Position numbers and translations under genes: made by a program. Below, in pieces: positions 50,480 to 63,512 of a stretch of DNA of 64,000 bases. The DNA is from Octopus sinensis (lineage: Eukaryota). Below the pieces are notes generated by a model that was not told the DNA's origin, did no database searches, and saw only the letters and a program-made list of their open reading frames with translations. Position 1 is the stretch's first letter. Every line of letters begins with the position of its first letter. The stretch covers positions 52,390,001 to 52,454,000 of the forward strand of contig NC_043010.1 in NCBI RefSeq assembly GCF_006345805.1, in the 5' to 3' direction.

Positions 50480-51349
50480 GTCTAGGGCCTCTATGGGTCT
50501 TAATCCGGCCCTGACAAACAAACACACACACACATACACATATACTTACATAAATACAGACAGACACACATATATACTTACAGACAGACACACACGCACA
50601 TCCATCCATTTTCGCCGTTTTAATGGTTTTAATCAGTAGAATGTGGCCACGCTGTAGCACCGCCGTCAAAGGTTTTAGTTCATCATATGTTCAGGGCATC
50701 TTTTAGTCCGGCACTTCTTTTATCGATCCTTTGTCGAACAGCTAGGTTAGATGATTGAAATTGACGGTACAAAAACACGTTTTTGAAAATAACGTAAACA
50801 TAAGCACATATATGCACACACACACACATACAAGCTTCAATTCTAAAACGGTTGATCGAATTGAGCTTACAATGGAAGGCCGGAGCCCAAGGTCCGGTGT
50901 AGTGGGATTGAACTAGGAGCTTACCGACATACACATGTATGCTCATATATTCATACACACACATACGCATATATATATATATATATACATACATACACAT
51001 TTATGTGTGTGTGCGTGTGTGTGTGTGTGTGTATACACATATATGTATATATAATAGGCGTAGGAGTGGCTGTGTGGTAAGTAGCTTGCTTACCAGCCAC
51101 ATGGTTCCGGGTTCAGTCCTACTGCGTGGCACCTAATTTCAGGTATAAACCTGAACTTGTAATCTGGATAGAATAACTGCAGATTTCTCGATAGCTATTT
51201 ACCACTATGTATGTATGTATGTATGTATGTATGTATGTATGTATGTATGTATGTATGTATGTATGTATGTATGTATGTATGTATGCATGCATGTATGTAA
51301 GAGAACAAAGTGTACGTACGCCGCTAAATATATATATATATATATATAT

Positions 51350-51540
51350 ATAACGGGAAGGTTTACGAAAATAAGCAAAAGACGAAGGCAGGTGGAGTAC
51401 AAACAAACAATTGTATTAGTATGGCGCTCAGGAATAGAAATAAAACAAGTCTTTTACGTTTCGAGCCTACGCTCTTCGACAGAAAGATACACAGAAAAGA
51501 AACAAGGAAAGAAAAAAATGCGTGTAGGAGCTAACGATCC
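51350..51540 (-). mobile_element. pLTR-like module with HHR-like motif (CTGTCGA core)
   Basis: Minus 51450-51487: tcttt-CTGTCGA-A-GAGCgtagGCTC-GAAAC-GTA-aaaga; same family as 28030-28340. Confidence 0.65.
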
Positions 51541-51620
<80 letters not shown>

Positions 51621-52237
51621 AAATACAAAATGGGACAAGAACGCAAAACATTCGGACAACTAGGTGATACGAAAAGGGACAACAAAACATCCAGATAGAC
51701 GATACAAGAAAAACAAGGACGGGTCATACGAAGCTTCCTATCCTCAGTCAAGAACCGGATCATCCTCGCAATTTCGGCTGGTATGTATGTATGTATGTAT
51801 GTAGTATATTTGCTGTGTGAGAGGCTTTTATTGCATGAAACTATTAGTAACCCATAAAAATATAGATTGTGTTTATCTAATAATATTTATCTCTCACCAG
51901 ATGGAGTACTTCTTTTTTTATTAATTTTACCATCACGGAACAGTACATAATATGTGTGTGTGTGTATGTATGTATGTATGTATGTATGTATGTATGTATG
52001 TATGTATGTATGTATGTATGTATGTTTATGTATATGTATATGTATGGATGTATAAATGGATGTGTGTATTTTCCCCTTGTTTACAATTAACATGGAAAAA
52101 AAAAAAGATAAACAGTTACCAGGGCAGCAAAAAAGCGCACAAGTAAAAAGGACGTAACACCCTGTTTGTAATGGTAGAAACTTCGGGTTGATGTGAAATA
52201 TTTTGTATGTTTAACTCCATTTATTTATTTATATATG

Positions 52238-52269
<32 letters not shown>

Positions 52270-52374
52270 TGTATGTATGTATGTATGATGTATGTATGTA
52301 TGTATGTATGTAAGTATGTATGTAAGTATGTATGTATGTGTGTGTGTGTGTGTCTGTGTGTATTTATATATGTA

Positions 52375-52500
52375 TCTGAATATTTTCTCTCGAAGAGCAT
52401 AGGCTCGAAACGTAAAAAACTTTTCCGTTTTTCCCGAGCGTTAAACTAATACACCTGTTTGTTGTTCTGACACCTCTCTTTTGTATTTTTGTAAATTATA
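52375..52500 (+). mobile_element. pLTR-like module with degenerate HHR-like motif
   Basis: tttt-CTCTCGA-A-GAGCatagGCTC-GAAAC-GTA-aaaa at 52383-52419. Confidence 0.55.
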
Positions 52501-52604
52501 TGCGTGCATATATATATATATATAATATATATATATATATATACATGTGTGTGTGTGTGTGTGTGTGTATGCATGAATGTATATATATATATAATATATG
52601 TATA

Positions 52605-53092
52605 TATAATTATAATGAGGGCGTTAGAAAGAAATTTTCTAGCCTATATGCTGAGAAATAGACGCTAAATCGTTCCACAACTAAAGAAGTCACAAACGCG
52701 TGTTGAATTAGACGCAACAAGCCAACGAAAATTATTAATATAATAGATAGCCCTGGATTAGCTAATTTCTAGGTCTACCCCGCGGCTTTACCTTCATCAG
52801 CAGGACATACATAGGAAACATGAGTTATATATACATACCCACAGGGGTATGTATAAAAATCTCATGTATAATATCTCATTTATTTCCTATGTATATCCTG
52901 CCGATGAATGAAAAGTCATGGGGCAGACCAGAAATTATCTAATCCAGGGCTATCTATTATATTAATAATTTCCGTTAGCTTGTTGTGTCTAATTCAACAC
53001 ATGTGTTTGTGACTTCCTTAGTAGTGGGACGATTTAGCATATAGGCTAGAAAATTTCTTTCAAACGGCCTTATTATAATTATATGTATAATT
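52605..53092. repeat. ~490 bp imperfect palindrome with an HHR-like motif in each arm
   Basis: Arms ~230 bp around the centre tatacatacccacaggggtatgtata; minus 52751-52804 cctg-CTGATGA-aggt...acct-a-GAAATTAGCTAATC-cagg; plus 52897-52948 degenerate. Confidence 0.85.
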
Positions 53093-53194
53093 TCACCTTA
53101 ATTATTCGTCTTTGTATATTTTGGCCACTGATAAAATAAAAAAAAGATTTTTTTTTACATATACACAGACATGCAGGAAGTAAATAGACACCTT

Positions 53195-53694
53195 TAATTT
53201 TCAAAATCTTTAATTTGATATTAATTGGTTGAAGGAGAGGTTTTCTTCTAGCTGCTCGTCCATAATACCCAAGCTTATGCAGATTTGTAACATACGTTCT
53301 TGGACTAACTTCCAGCTGTTTTGCAATGTCAGAAGCCTTCGAATGGGGTTCGTTTCAATATTCTCTTCAAACAGCGAAGCTTCCTTTCCGAGGGCCCAGG
53401 TCAGCCGGGACGAGAATCTGTTGATACTTTTCCTTGACTTTTGAATTGCACTATAATTCTATTAACAGTAGCAAGAGGAATTTGAAGATTTTCGGCATTT
53501 TTTCGCTGGTTAAGACCAGCCTCAGACCGCACAACAATACGCCCCCCTTTGAAAATCTGACAGTTCTGCTGAATTCTTTGCGCGTTCATTTGCCCAAAGG
53601 TTTGTCTCCAACCATTCTTTGTTTCTAAAAATAAATGAAAATGAAGGGAGTTTTTAGCTGTTAAAGTGTGTATATATTTGGATAGGAGGACACG

Positions 53695-53698
<4 letters not shown>
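53195..53698 (-). pseudogene. Tc1-family transposon 5' part (transposase HTH region)
   Basis: Minus strand: GRIVVRSEAGLNQRKNAENLQIPLATVNRIIVQFK...SRPG...ASDIAKQLEVSPRT...LHKLGYYGRAARRKPLL; TA|CAGCGTGTCC end at ~53698. Confidence 0.88.
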
Positions 53699-53728
<30 letters not shown>

Positions 53729-53732
<4 letters not shown>

Positions 53733-53845
53733 CGATCACGCGACCGACCAGACCATCAGATGCTGCTACACATCGCTGGTCACAATGCGTTCGCATTGTT
53801 TTAGCCCTCGAATGACGCCACCCGCTGGCTAAGCGAGCAGGCCAA
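53729..53845 (-). mobile_element. Isolated SINE C tail type 2 within (TA)n
   Basis: atcacgcgaccgaccagaccatcagatg...gctaagcgagcaggcc. Confidence 0.8.
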
Positions 53846-53916
53846 TATAATATATATATATAATATATATATATATAGATATATAGATATATATAATATA
53901 TATATATTATATATAT

Positions 53917-53919
<3 letters not shown>

Positions 53920-53958
<39 letters not shown>

Positions 53959-54050
53959 GTAGATATGTACATATATGTGTGTATATATGCATATATTTAT
54001 ATACTATTTATATATATATATATATTATATATATATAGAGAGAGAGAGAG

Positions 54051-54123
<73 letters not shown>

Positions 54124-54170
54124 TTTAGACAGACAGACAGACAGATAGATAGATAGAAAGATAGATAGAT
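53920..54170. repeat. (GATA)n/(TA)n microsatellites
   Basis: Direct inspection. Confidence 0.9.
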
Positions 54171-54394
54171 AAAAATGACTTGGAAGTGGATGCGTGACGG
54201 TCGTTCATATGATAATATAAATATATATATATATATACTAAGCAATTAAGGTTTAGCAACGGAATTGCCTTACCCACACACACGAATTTAGAAATAGCAG
54301 TCAAAGAGATTATAGCTATTTCTTCTACTAAAAGGGAGATCACAGTAAAGGCACAGCATTTGAAAGGCAAACACAAACAGGTAAAAGAGAATGA

Positions 54395-55040
54395 ATGCAT
54401 ATAGACATACATATACGCACATACCTAGATATATATGTATATATACATGCATATATGGTTACACGACGTCAAAAAACCGCGAACAAAATGAAAAACGAGA
54501 ACATAAAAAAACAAAATCATGGAAAAGGAACTTTTTTTAAACAACGAAAGAAACAAATAGAGAGACGAGACAGGCAACATAAATAACAATCCCTTCATCA
54601 GGTGTCCCCTGTTTTATCTACTCCGCGTTTCCAACGTTACCTGTTCCCTGTCAGAGCTCGTTGCTCCAGCGTTCACCACTTCACCTCGAGATGGCTTAAC
54701 AGCCCTTACCGTTTGTTTTTACTGTTTTGTTCTCACTGTCCTGTTTTTGTTACCACTTTAACCCTTCCGCAAATCTCAAATGTTATTTGCTTTGCTTTGC
54801 GGGGACGACTGTTTTAAAGAAGTCGCGTCTTGTCCCGACGTTCGAAACGCGGAGTAGATAAAATAGGGGACAACTGATGAAGGGAATGTTCTTTATGTTG
54901 CCTGTCTCGCTTCCCTGTTTGTTTCTTTCGTTTTCCATGTTTTTGTTTTTTATATTCTCATTTTTCACTTTGTTCACGTTTCTTTCGGCGTCCGGTACCC
55001 ATATATGCATGTATACATACATATATATGTAGATATGTAT
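54395..55040. mobile_element. Divergent inverted pair of ~240 bp pLTR-like modules (GAAAC...CTGATGAAGGG)
   Basis: The reverse complement of 54395-54646 aligns with 54838-55040 at roughly 80%; related copies at 46700-46930 and 59150-59330. Confidence 0.75.
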
Positions 55041-55171
55041 ATATATACATTATATTATACATTATATTATATATATATATATATAATATATTATATAATA
55101 TATATATATATTATATAAATATCTATAACATATATATATACATATATATATACATATATATATATATATAT

Positions 55172-55226
<55 letters not shown>

Positions 55227-55236
55227 ATATATATTA

Positions 55237-55585
55237 CTCTTTTGCTTGTTTCAGTCATTAATTGAGCAAATCAAACCCAGGACTTATTCTTTGTAAGCCT
55301 AGTGCTTATTCTATCGGTCTTTTATGCCGAACCGCTAAGTTACGGAGACGTAAACACATCACCATCGGTTGTCAAGCAATGTTGGGGTAAAAAACACAGA
55401 CACACAAACATATATACACACACATACACATATATACGGCGGGCTTCTTTCAGTTTCCGTCCACCAAATCCACTCACAAGACTTTGGTTGGATCGAGGCT
55501 ATAGTAGAAGACACTTGCCCATGGTTGCCACGCAGTGGGACTGAACCCGGAACCATGTTGTTGATAAGCAAACTACTTACCACAC
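55237..55585 (-). mobile_element. SINE family A (tail partly deleted)
   Basis: Family consensus. Confidence 0.85.
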
Positions 55586-55896
55586 ATCCTCAAACTTGTC
55601 ATTACCTGCCTCAGTTTCTTTATCTTCAGTTTTGATTGCGTTGTCGTTTACCTTTATTTCTTCGTCATCGTCGACTTTAATTTTGTCACTAGAATAGGGC
55701 GTATATTTTTAATCATTTTTTTCTTTTATGTTCTGACATCAACATCAGGGAGTGTTTGCAGCGGAATTGTGAAAGAATGTACACTTTCGAAAGCTATGTA
55801 AAGAGTTACAAGATTTGTATAATTAAAAACTGTCGCATTACACATCGCCTTAATTATACATACATTTAGTAAATTAGATGTAAAATTAATATATGT

Positions 55897-56139
55897 ACAA
55901 TTGCAGCGTGGAAGGTGTTTGTAAGCCATTTAAGAAACATACAAAAAGCACACTCTGTTACCTCACATCTTTCTCTCTCTTTCTCTCTCGAAGATGCAGC
56001 ACGGATTTTTGTCAGTGAACAGGTCGCGGTCTTAAAGCGACGAAAATATTTTGACAAATTAAACTTAAATGTTGAAGTGAGTGAACGGCTTTTGTGTGTT
56101 TCTTAAAGGGCTTACAATCACCTTCCACGCTGCAATTGT
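55897..56139. mobile_element. MITE-like element with ~52 bp TIRs
   Basis: acaattgcagcgtggaaggtgtttgtaagccatttaagaaacatacaaaaagc versus its reverse complement at 56088-56139. Confidence 0.75.
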
Positions 56140-56416
56140 TTTCGTTTCAGCACACGGTCTCAGATCAAATCACTTGCTATGCAAGTACATCTCCGTAATA
56201 TATGTACCCTGTACATATACAGTACAAAAAGACAACAAGATAAACAGCATCAATTTAATTTTTTATTCATTATTACCATTTCGTAACTTTTGATATTTTC
56301 GCCCAAAAAATCCAGCACAACCATCTTCGTTTATCAAAGCCAGCTGGGTATCAATATAATTTTTATCTTTCGCTTGTTTCGATCCCACTACTTATATTTT
56401 AAATGTATATATATTT

Positions 56417-56480
<64 letters not shown>

Positions 56481-56481
56481 T

Positions 56482-56645
56482 ACCAGCCACAACGAACTTC
56501 CCTTCCTAGACATCAACATTAAAATACACAACTCCATCGTCACAACAGACATCCACTACAAAAAAACTGACACACATCAATACTTAAATTTCCACTCCTG
56601 CCACCCATCCCACACAAAAAGAAACATCCCATATAGTATGGCACG
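56482..56645 (+). pseudogene. Penelope-like element RT fragment (FLD motif and thumb)
   Basis: TSHNELPFLDINIKIHNSIVTTDIHYKKTDTHQYLNFHSCHPSHTKRNIPYSMAR, the PLE FLD...YxKxTDTHQYL...SCHP...K..IP pattern. Confidence 0.9.
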
Positions 56646-58074
56646 ATCAAAGAGGGTGCCGAAAGATATCAAAGGGGGTGCCGAAAGAGATGAAAGAGGG
56701 TGCCGACAAAGATCAAAGAGGGTGCCGACAGAGATCAAAGAGGGTGCCGACAAAGATCAAAAAGGGGTGCCGACAGAGATCAAAGAGGGTGCCGACAGAG
56801 ATTAAAGAGGGTGTCGACAGAGATAAAACAGGGTGCCGAAAGAGATCAAAGGGGGTGCCGAAAGAGATCAAAGAGGGGTGCCGAAAGAGATCAAAGGGGG
56901 TGCGGACAGATATCAAAGAGGGTGCAGACAAAGATCAAAGAGGGTGCCGACAGAGATCAAAGAGGGTGCCGAAAGATATCAAAGAGGGTGCCGACAGAGA
57001 TCAAAGAAGGTGCTGAAAGAGATCAAAGAGGGGTGCCGAAAGAGATCAAAGAGGGTGCCGACAGAGATCAAAGAGGGTGCCGAAAGAGATCCAAGAGGGT
57101 TCCGACAGAGATCCAACGGGGTCCTGACAGAGATCAAAGAGGGGTGCCGACAGAGATCAAAGAGGGTGCCGACAAAGATCAAAGAGGGGTGCTGACAGAG
57201 ATCAAAGAGGGTGTCGAATGATATCAAAGAGGGTGCCGAAAGATATCAAAGAGTGGTGCCGACAGAGATCAAAGAGGGTGCCGACAAAGATCAAAGAGGT
57301 GTGCCGACAGAGATCAAAGAGGGTGTCGAAAGATATCAAAGGGGGTGCTGACAGAGATCAAAGAGGGTGCCGACAAAGATCAAAGAGGGTGTCGAAAGAT
57401 ATCAAAGGGAGTGCCGACATAGATCAAAGAGGGTTCCGACAGAGATCAAAGAGGGTGCCGAAAGATATCAGAGGGGGTGCCGACAGAGATGAAAGAGGGT
57501 GCCGACAAAGATCAAAGAGGGTGCCGACAGAGATCAAAGAGGGTGCCGACAAAGATCAAAGAGGGTGCCGAAAAAGATCAAAGAGGGGTGTCGACAGAGA
57601 TCAAAGAGGATACCGACAAAGATCAAAGAGGGAGCCGAAAAAGTGCAAAGAGGGGTGCCGACGGAGATCAAAGAAGGTGCCGAAAAAGATCAAAGAGGGG
57701 TGCCGATAGAGATCAAAGAGGGTGCCGACAGAGATCAAAGAGGGTGCCGACAGTGATCAAAGAGGGTGCCGACAGAGATCAAAGAGTGGTGCCGACAGAG
57801 ATCAAAGAGGGTGCCTAAAAATATCAAAGAGGGGTGCCGACGGAGATCAAAGAAGGTGCCGAAAAAGATCAAAGAGGGGTGCCGATAGAGATCAAAGAGG
57901 GTGCCGACAGAGATCAAAGAGGGTGCCGACAGTGATCAAAGAGGGTGCCGACAGAGATCAAAGAGTGGTGCCGACAGAGATCAAAGAGGGTGCCCAAAAA
58001 TATCAAAGAGGGTGCCGAAAAAGATCAAAGAGGGGTGTCGACAGAGATCAAAGAGGATACCGACAAAGATCAAA
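56646..58074. repeat. 22-bp minisatellite (tgccgacagagatcaaagaggg), about 65 units with 22/23-bp variants
   Basis: Direct inspection; the 22-aa periodicity of the ORF-track peptides equals 3 units. Confidence 0.95.
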
Positions 58075-58223
58075 CTACACACACTACATACACACACTAC
58101 ATACATACATACATACATACTATATAAGAATACATAGATATATATATATATATATATATATATTATTATATATATATATACATACATATACATTTATATA
58201 TATATATATATATATATATAGAT

Positions 58224-58259
<36 letters not shown>

Positions 58260-58620
58260 CACTCCTCCCGCCGTCTATCCCTAATATTACAAACACATTC
58301 CATTCCCAAATTCCCACCAAAAACCCCTTCGATCAAACAACACTCTCTACAAGGCCTCTCTGCTTGGAATGACCAAATATAATATCTTTATGTATCTCAC
58401 TTTTATTTTCATTCTCTTGTGCTTCCTACTGTATTTCATATCATTTCTCTACAATAATTATTACTTAAACATTTTCTCGCACCGTCTCTAATGAAGGGAT
58501 ATATATAAAATACCCCAGACCAGAAACAGCTGTAAGACCTTTTCTTTATAAATATTCTGAAAACTATTTACAGTCTTGGATATTTTATCTCATTCTGTCA
58601 ATTTATATATATATATAATT
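58260..58620 (+). mobile_element. PLE pLTR-like relic with degenerate HHR
   Basis: gtct-CTAATGA-A-ggg...ccc...GAAACAGCTGTA-agac at ~58483-58538, with palindromic helix III ACAGCTGT. Confidence 0.55.
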
Positions 58621-58784
58621 TTATGACTCTTATTTCTACCTCAGTCCATCTAAATGTATATATTTGTCGTTACCTGTCATAAAAAGCCTTTTTTTATTTG
58701 CAATGTGCATTTTCGTTGATTTTTCATATTTTACCCTTACGTGTATCTTATATTTTCTTTTTGTAACATATTTCTACTATATAT

Positions 58785-59095
58785 AGGCGCAGGAGTGGCT
58801 TTGCTAACCAACCACATGGTTCCGGGTTCAGTCCCACTGCGTGGCATCTTGGGCAAGTGTCTTCTGCTATAGCCCCGGGCCGACCAATGCCTTCTGAGTG
58901 GATTTGGTAGACGGAAACTGAATGAAGCCTGTCGTATATATGTATGTGTGTGTATTTGTGTGTCTGTGTTTGTCCCCCTAGCATTGCTTGACAACCGATG
59001 CTGGTGTGTTTACGTCTCCGTCACTTAGCGTCCCCGTCACTAAAGACGGTGCTCCAGCATGGCCGCAGTCAAATGACTGAACAAGTAAAAGAAAA
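58785..59095 (+). mobile_element. SINE family A (tail partly deleted)
   Basis: Family consensus. Confidence 0.85.
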
Positions 59096-59143
<48 letters not shown>

Positions 59144-59419
59144 TATAATAAATATATGCATATATACTTACATATATGTACATACCTACATCTATATGTA
59201 TATATATACATGCATATATGGGTACAGGACATAAAAAAAAACGTTGAACACAATGAGAAACGAAAATATACAAACAAAAACATGGAAACGAACTTTTTTT
59301 TTCAAACAACGAAAAAAAAAAACAGTACAAGACTGAGATTTTGGTGGGATTTTTTGCGGGGGTGTAAATTTCAGCCATGATGAATTTCAACCTTTCACTT
59401 ACCATCTTGCCACAGATTC

Positions 59420-60185
59420 CTGTACTTTGTGAGAAAATGCCAAACCCTCTATGATTGGAATGACCAATTTTAAATACTATTGGAACTTACAGACAAGGTA
59501 CAGGAATCTTATATATACCGCAGGAGTGGCTGTGTGGTAAGTAGCTTGCTTGCCAACCACATGGTTCCGGGTTCAGTCCTACTGCGTGGCACCTTGGGCA
59601 AGTGTCTTCTACTATAGCCTCGGGCCGACCAAATCCTTGTGAGTGGATTTGGTAGACGGAAACTGAAAGAAGCCTGTCGTATATATGTATATATATATGT
59701 GTGTGTGTGTGTTGTGTGTATGTTGTGTGTCTGTGTTTGTCCCCCTAGCATGCTTGACAACCGATGCTCGTGTGTGTTCCGTCCCCGTCACTTAGCGGTT
59801 CGGCAAAAGAGACCGGTAGAATAAGTACTGGGCTTACAAAGAATAAGTCCCGGGATCGATTTGCTCGACTAAAGGCGATGCTCCAGCATGGCCGCAGTCA
59901 AAATGACTGAAACTAGTAAAAGAGTAAAGAGAGTAATACCATTCTGCTTAAATAATGGAATTACAGATACAATATCCCTGCATATCTCAAGTCTATTTTC
60001 GTCCCACCACTTCATTCTCTATTTCATATCTTCTCTAGAATAACTATTGCTTAACCATTTTCTCATACCGTCTCCGCCGAAGAGATAAATAAAATATCCC
60101 GGAAAGAGCTGTAAGACCTTCTCTTTATAAATGTTCTGAAATCTTTGGATTTCACAGCCTTGGATTTTTATCTCATTCTTAAAAT
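59420..60185 (+). mobile_element. Second diverged copy of the pLTR-like relic, interrupted by SINE A
   Basis: Shares ttggaatgaccaa, accgtct...agctgtaagacct and ggat(a/t)ttttatctcattct with 58340-58620. Confidence 0.55.
59518..59935 (+). mobile_element. SINE family A
   Basis: Full-length family consensus. Confidence 0.92.
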
Positions 60186-60186
60186 T

Positions 60187-60715
60187 TATGTATGTATGTA
60201 TGTACGTATGTATGTATGTATGTATGTCTTTATGTATGTTTGTATGTATGTATGTACGTATGTATGTATGTATGTATGTATGTATGTATGTATGTATGTA
60301 TGTATGTATGTGTGTGTATGCATGCATGTATGTATGTATGTATGTATGTATGTGTATGTATGTATGTATGTATGTATGTATGTATGTATGTATGTATGTA
60401 TGTATGTATGTATGTGTGTGTGTATGTATGTATGAATGTATGTATGTATGTATGTATGTATGTATGTGTATATGTGTATGCATGTATGTATGTGTATGTA
60501 TGTATGTATGTATGTATGTATGTATGTGTGTGTATGTATGTATGCATGTATGTATGTATGTGTGTGTGTATGTAGGTATGTATGTATGTATGTATGTATG
60601 TGTATATGTGTATGCATGTATGTATGTATGTATGTATGTGTATGTATGTATGTATATGTATACACACACACGCACACACACACACACATATATATATATA
60701 TAAATATATATAGGA
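60187..60715. repeat. (TATG)n microsatellite
   Basis: Direct inspection. Confidence 0.95.
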
Positions 60716-60724
60716 CAGCTGTGT

Positions 60725-61336
60725 AAAGAAATGCCAATCTCTAACTGTGGAGGGAACCTGTGGTAGCGGCAGACCCAGGAAGTCATAGGACGAGGTGGTG
60801 AAGCATGATCTTTAAACTTTGAAACTCACAGGCAATGACTAGTGACCGAGACCTTTGGCGATGTGCTGTGCATGAGAGGACCCGACAGACCAAGTGCACC
60901 CATGCCGGTGGCACATAAAGAACACCTTTCGAGTGTTGGGCCTCACGGAGGCAAAGTGACTGAGTTCCTTTCAAGTTTTGGTCCTCACGGAGGACCAAAG
61001 CTCGAAAGGACCCAGACATTTAGCATTATGTCGTGCTTGAAAAGAAAACCTATCGAACCGATCAAAATCGCAGTCGTGACAGATACTGGTGTCATTCAAA
61101 TTGGCACCCGTGCCGGTGGCACGTAAAAACACCCTGGTGTCACGCAAATAGTATCCTTGCCAGAGGCACGTAAAAGCACCCATTACGCTCTCAGAGAGGC
61201 TGGCGTTAGAAAGGGCATCCAGCCGGAGAAAACCTTGCCAAATCAGACCGGAGTCTGGTGCAGCTTTCCAGCGTGCCAGCCCCGTCAAACCGTCTGAGCC
61301 ATGCCAGCGTGGACAACGGACGTTAAATGATGATGA
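60725..61336 (+). mobile_element. RTE-clade LINE 3' end
   Basis: LTVEGTCGSGRPRKS*DEVVKHDL...MTSDRDLWRCAV C-terminus; 3'UTR with ggcacgtaaaagcaccc repeats and ggcgttagaaagggcatccagcc; tail ggacgttaaa(tga)n. Confidence 0.85.
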
Positions 61337-61339
61337 TGG

Positions 61340-61374
<35 letters not shown>

Positions 61375-61598
61375 ATATAGATTATATATATATGTATATG
61401 TATATGTATGTATGTTTGTATGTATGTGTGTATATCGATATATAGAGAGAGAGAGAGATAGATAGATTGATAGATAGATAGATAGCTTAGATACATACAT
61501 ACATACATACAGACATACATACATACATAATACATCGTAGATATATATATATATATATATATATACCTACATATATATACATATATATATATACATAT

Positions 61599-61647
<49 letters not shown>

Positions 61648-61652
61648 GAATA

Positions 61653-62070
61653 TAGGGCGTGGCTGTGTGGTAAGAAGCTGCTCCCAACCACATGATTCTG
61701 GGTTCAGTCTCACTGCGTGGCACCTTGGGCAAGTGTCTTCTACTATAGCCTCGGGCCGACCAAAGCCTTTTGAGTGGATTTGGTTGGTTGGCGGAAACTC
61801 AAAAGAAGCCTGTCGTATATGTGTGTGTGCGTGTGTGTATGTGTGTGTGTGAGTGTGTGTATGTGTGTGTGTGTGTGTCTGTCTGTCTGTCCCCCAACAT
61901 CGCTTGACAACCGATGCTGGTGTGTTTACGTCCCCGTAACATAGCGGTTCGGCAAAGAGACCGATAGAATAAGTACTAGGCTAACAAAGAATAAGTCCTG
62001 GGGTCGATTTGCTCGACTAAAGGTGGTGCTCCATCATGACCTCAATCAAATGACTGAAACAACTAAAAAT
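61653..62070 (+). mobile_element. SINE family A
   Basis: Family consensus. Confidence 0.88.
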
Positions 62071-62251
62071 ATAATAAAAAGACAGTGGGCGAGAAAGACG
62101 GACAGACAGACAGATAGGCTGATATTTTTCACTCGTAATGAAGCCTATATGAGGCTCTACATTAATTCTAACAGAAATTTCCATAGGTGACGTTAATGTT
62201 TTGCACCATAAAGAAGCGAGAAACAAATGTGATCTTCGCTCTTATAATAAA

Positions 62252-62648
62252 CTAGCAGTATCGCCCGGCGTTGCTCGGGTTTGTAAGGGAAATAACTATA
62301 TAGGCATTTTTAGAGAGTTATAGCCAAAAGATAGGAAAAACATGGAAAAAAAATTATGGTAAATTTTTTTTAAATCGTTGACTCATCGTAGACATGTTTA
62401 GAAAGTTATTTCCCTTATATAATGGCGAAAAAATGCATTAAAATGGGAAAATATGATGGTAAATTTTTTTTTAAATCGTAGACTCATCGTAGACTCATCG
62501 TAGACGCGCGCTAATACCCAGAAGGGCTCGATATGAATCACGACTATAAGATACCCGGTTTTGGTTAAACTGCACCGCAAAATGTGGGAGTAGTTAGGAA
62601 TCTAAATCGTAGGAGACAGACACACAACTTGACTTTTATATATAAAGA
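62252..62648 (-). mobile_element. Non-autonomous Helitron, second copy
   Basis: Reverse complement of 9792-10186: ctagcagtatcgcccggcgttgctcggg ... tataaaga. Confidence 0.88.
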
Positions 62649-62895
62649 TAGATTTACACGTCATGATAACATGACAATGCGGGTGTGCACTGATAAAAAA
62701 AAAAAAGCAACGGGACATGAATCAAAGGGAGACTACTCTCACTTTTTTAGAAAAGATTAAGATTTCACATTCATACAGGATTACCTCCCTTACAATCATG
62801 AGTCATTTGTTTTTTATCCTCTGTTACAAGACTTTTTGAAAAGACTTTCACCTACCAACGCTTCCCCACGTTACAAGTGGTATATTTCTAGCCAA

Positions 62896-63075
62896 GTGGA
62901 GGCGCAATGGCCCAGTGGTTAGGGCAGCGGACTTGCGGTCGTAGGATCGCGGTTTCGATTCCCAGACCGGGCGTTGTGAGTGTTTATTGAGCGAAAACAA
63001 CTAAAGCTCCACGAGGCTCCGGCAGGGATGGTGGTGATCCCTGCTGTACTCTTTACACGTCTGCGCGCCTCCACC
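62896..63075 (+). mobile_element. SINE C head, truncated
   Basis: gtggaggcgcaatggcccagtgg...ctgtactcttt, ending in inverted gcgcctccac. Confidence 0.85.
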
Positions 63076-63130
63076 ATTTTCTTTTTTCTTTTATCACACA
63101 TTAAATTCCGATATAATCGTAATCTGTGGA

Positions 63131-63512
63131 AGCACTCCGTCGGTTACGACGATAAGGGTTCCGGTTGATCCGAATCAACGGAACAGCCTGCTCGTGAAAT
63201 TAACGTGTAAGTGGCTGAGCACTCCACAGACACGTGTACCCTTAACGTAGTTCTCAGGGAATATTCAGCGTGACACAGAGAGTGACAAGGCCGGCCCTTT
63301 GAAATACAGGTACAACAGAAACAGGATGTAAGAGTGAGAGAAAGTTGTGGTGAAAGAGTACAGCAGGGATCACCACCATCCCCTGCCGGAGCCTCGTGGA
63401 GCTTTTAGGTGTTTTCGCTCAATAAACACTCACAACGCCCGGTCTGGGAATCGAAACCGCGATCCTATGACCGCGAGTCCGCTGCCCTAACCACTGGGCC
63501 ATTGCGCCTCCA
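63131..63512 (-). mobile_element. SINE family C, tail type 1
   Basis: Near-identical to 8391-8760 and 15927-16304. Confidence 0.93.

Noticed and set aside
56646-58074. CRISPR-like regular array
   Set aside because: Units are contiguous with no unique spacers, there are no cas genes, and the context is eukaryotic; it is a minisatellite
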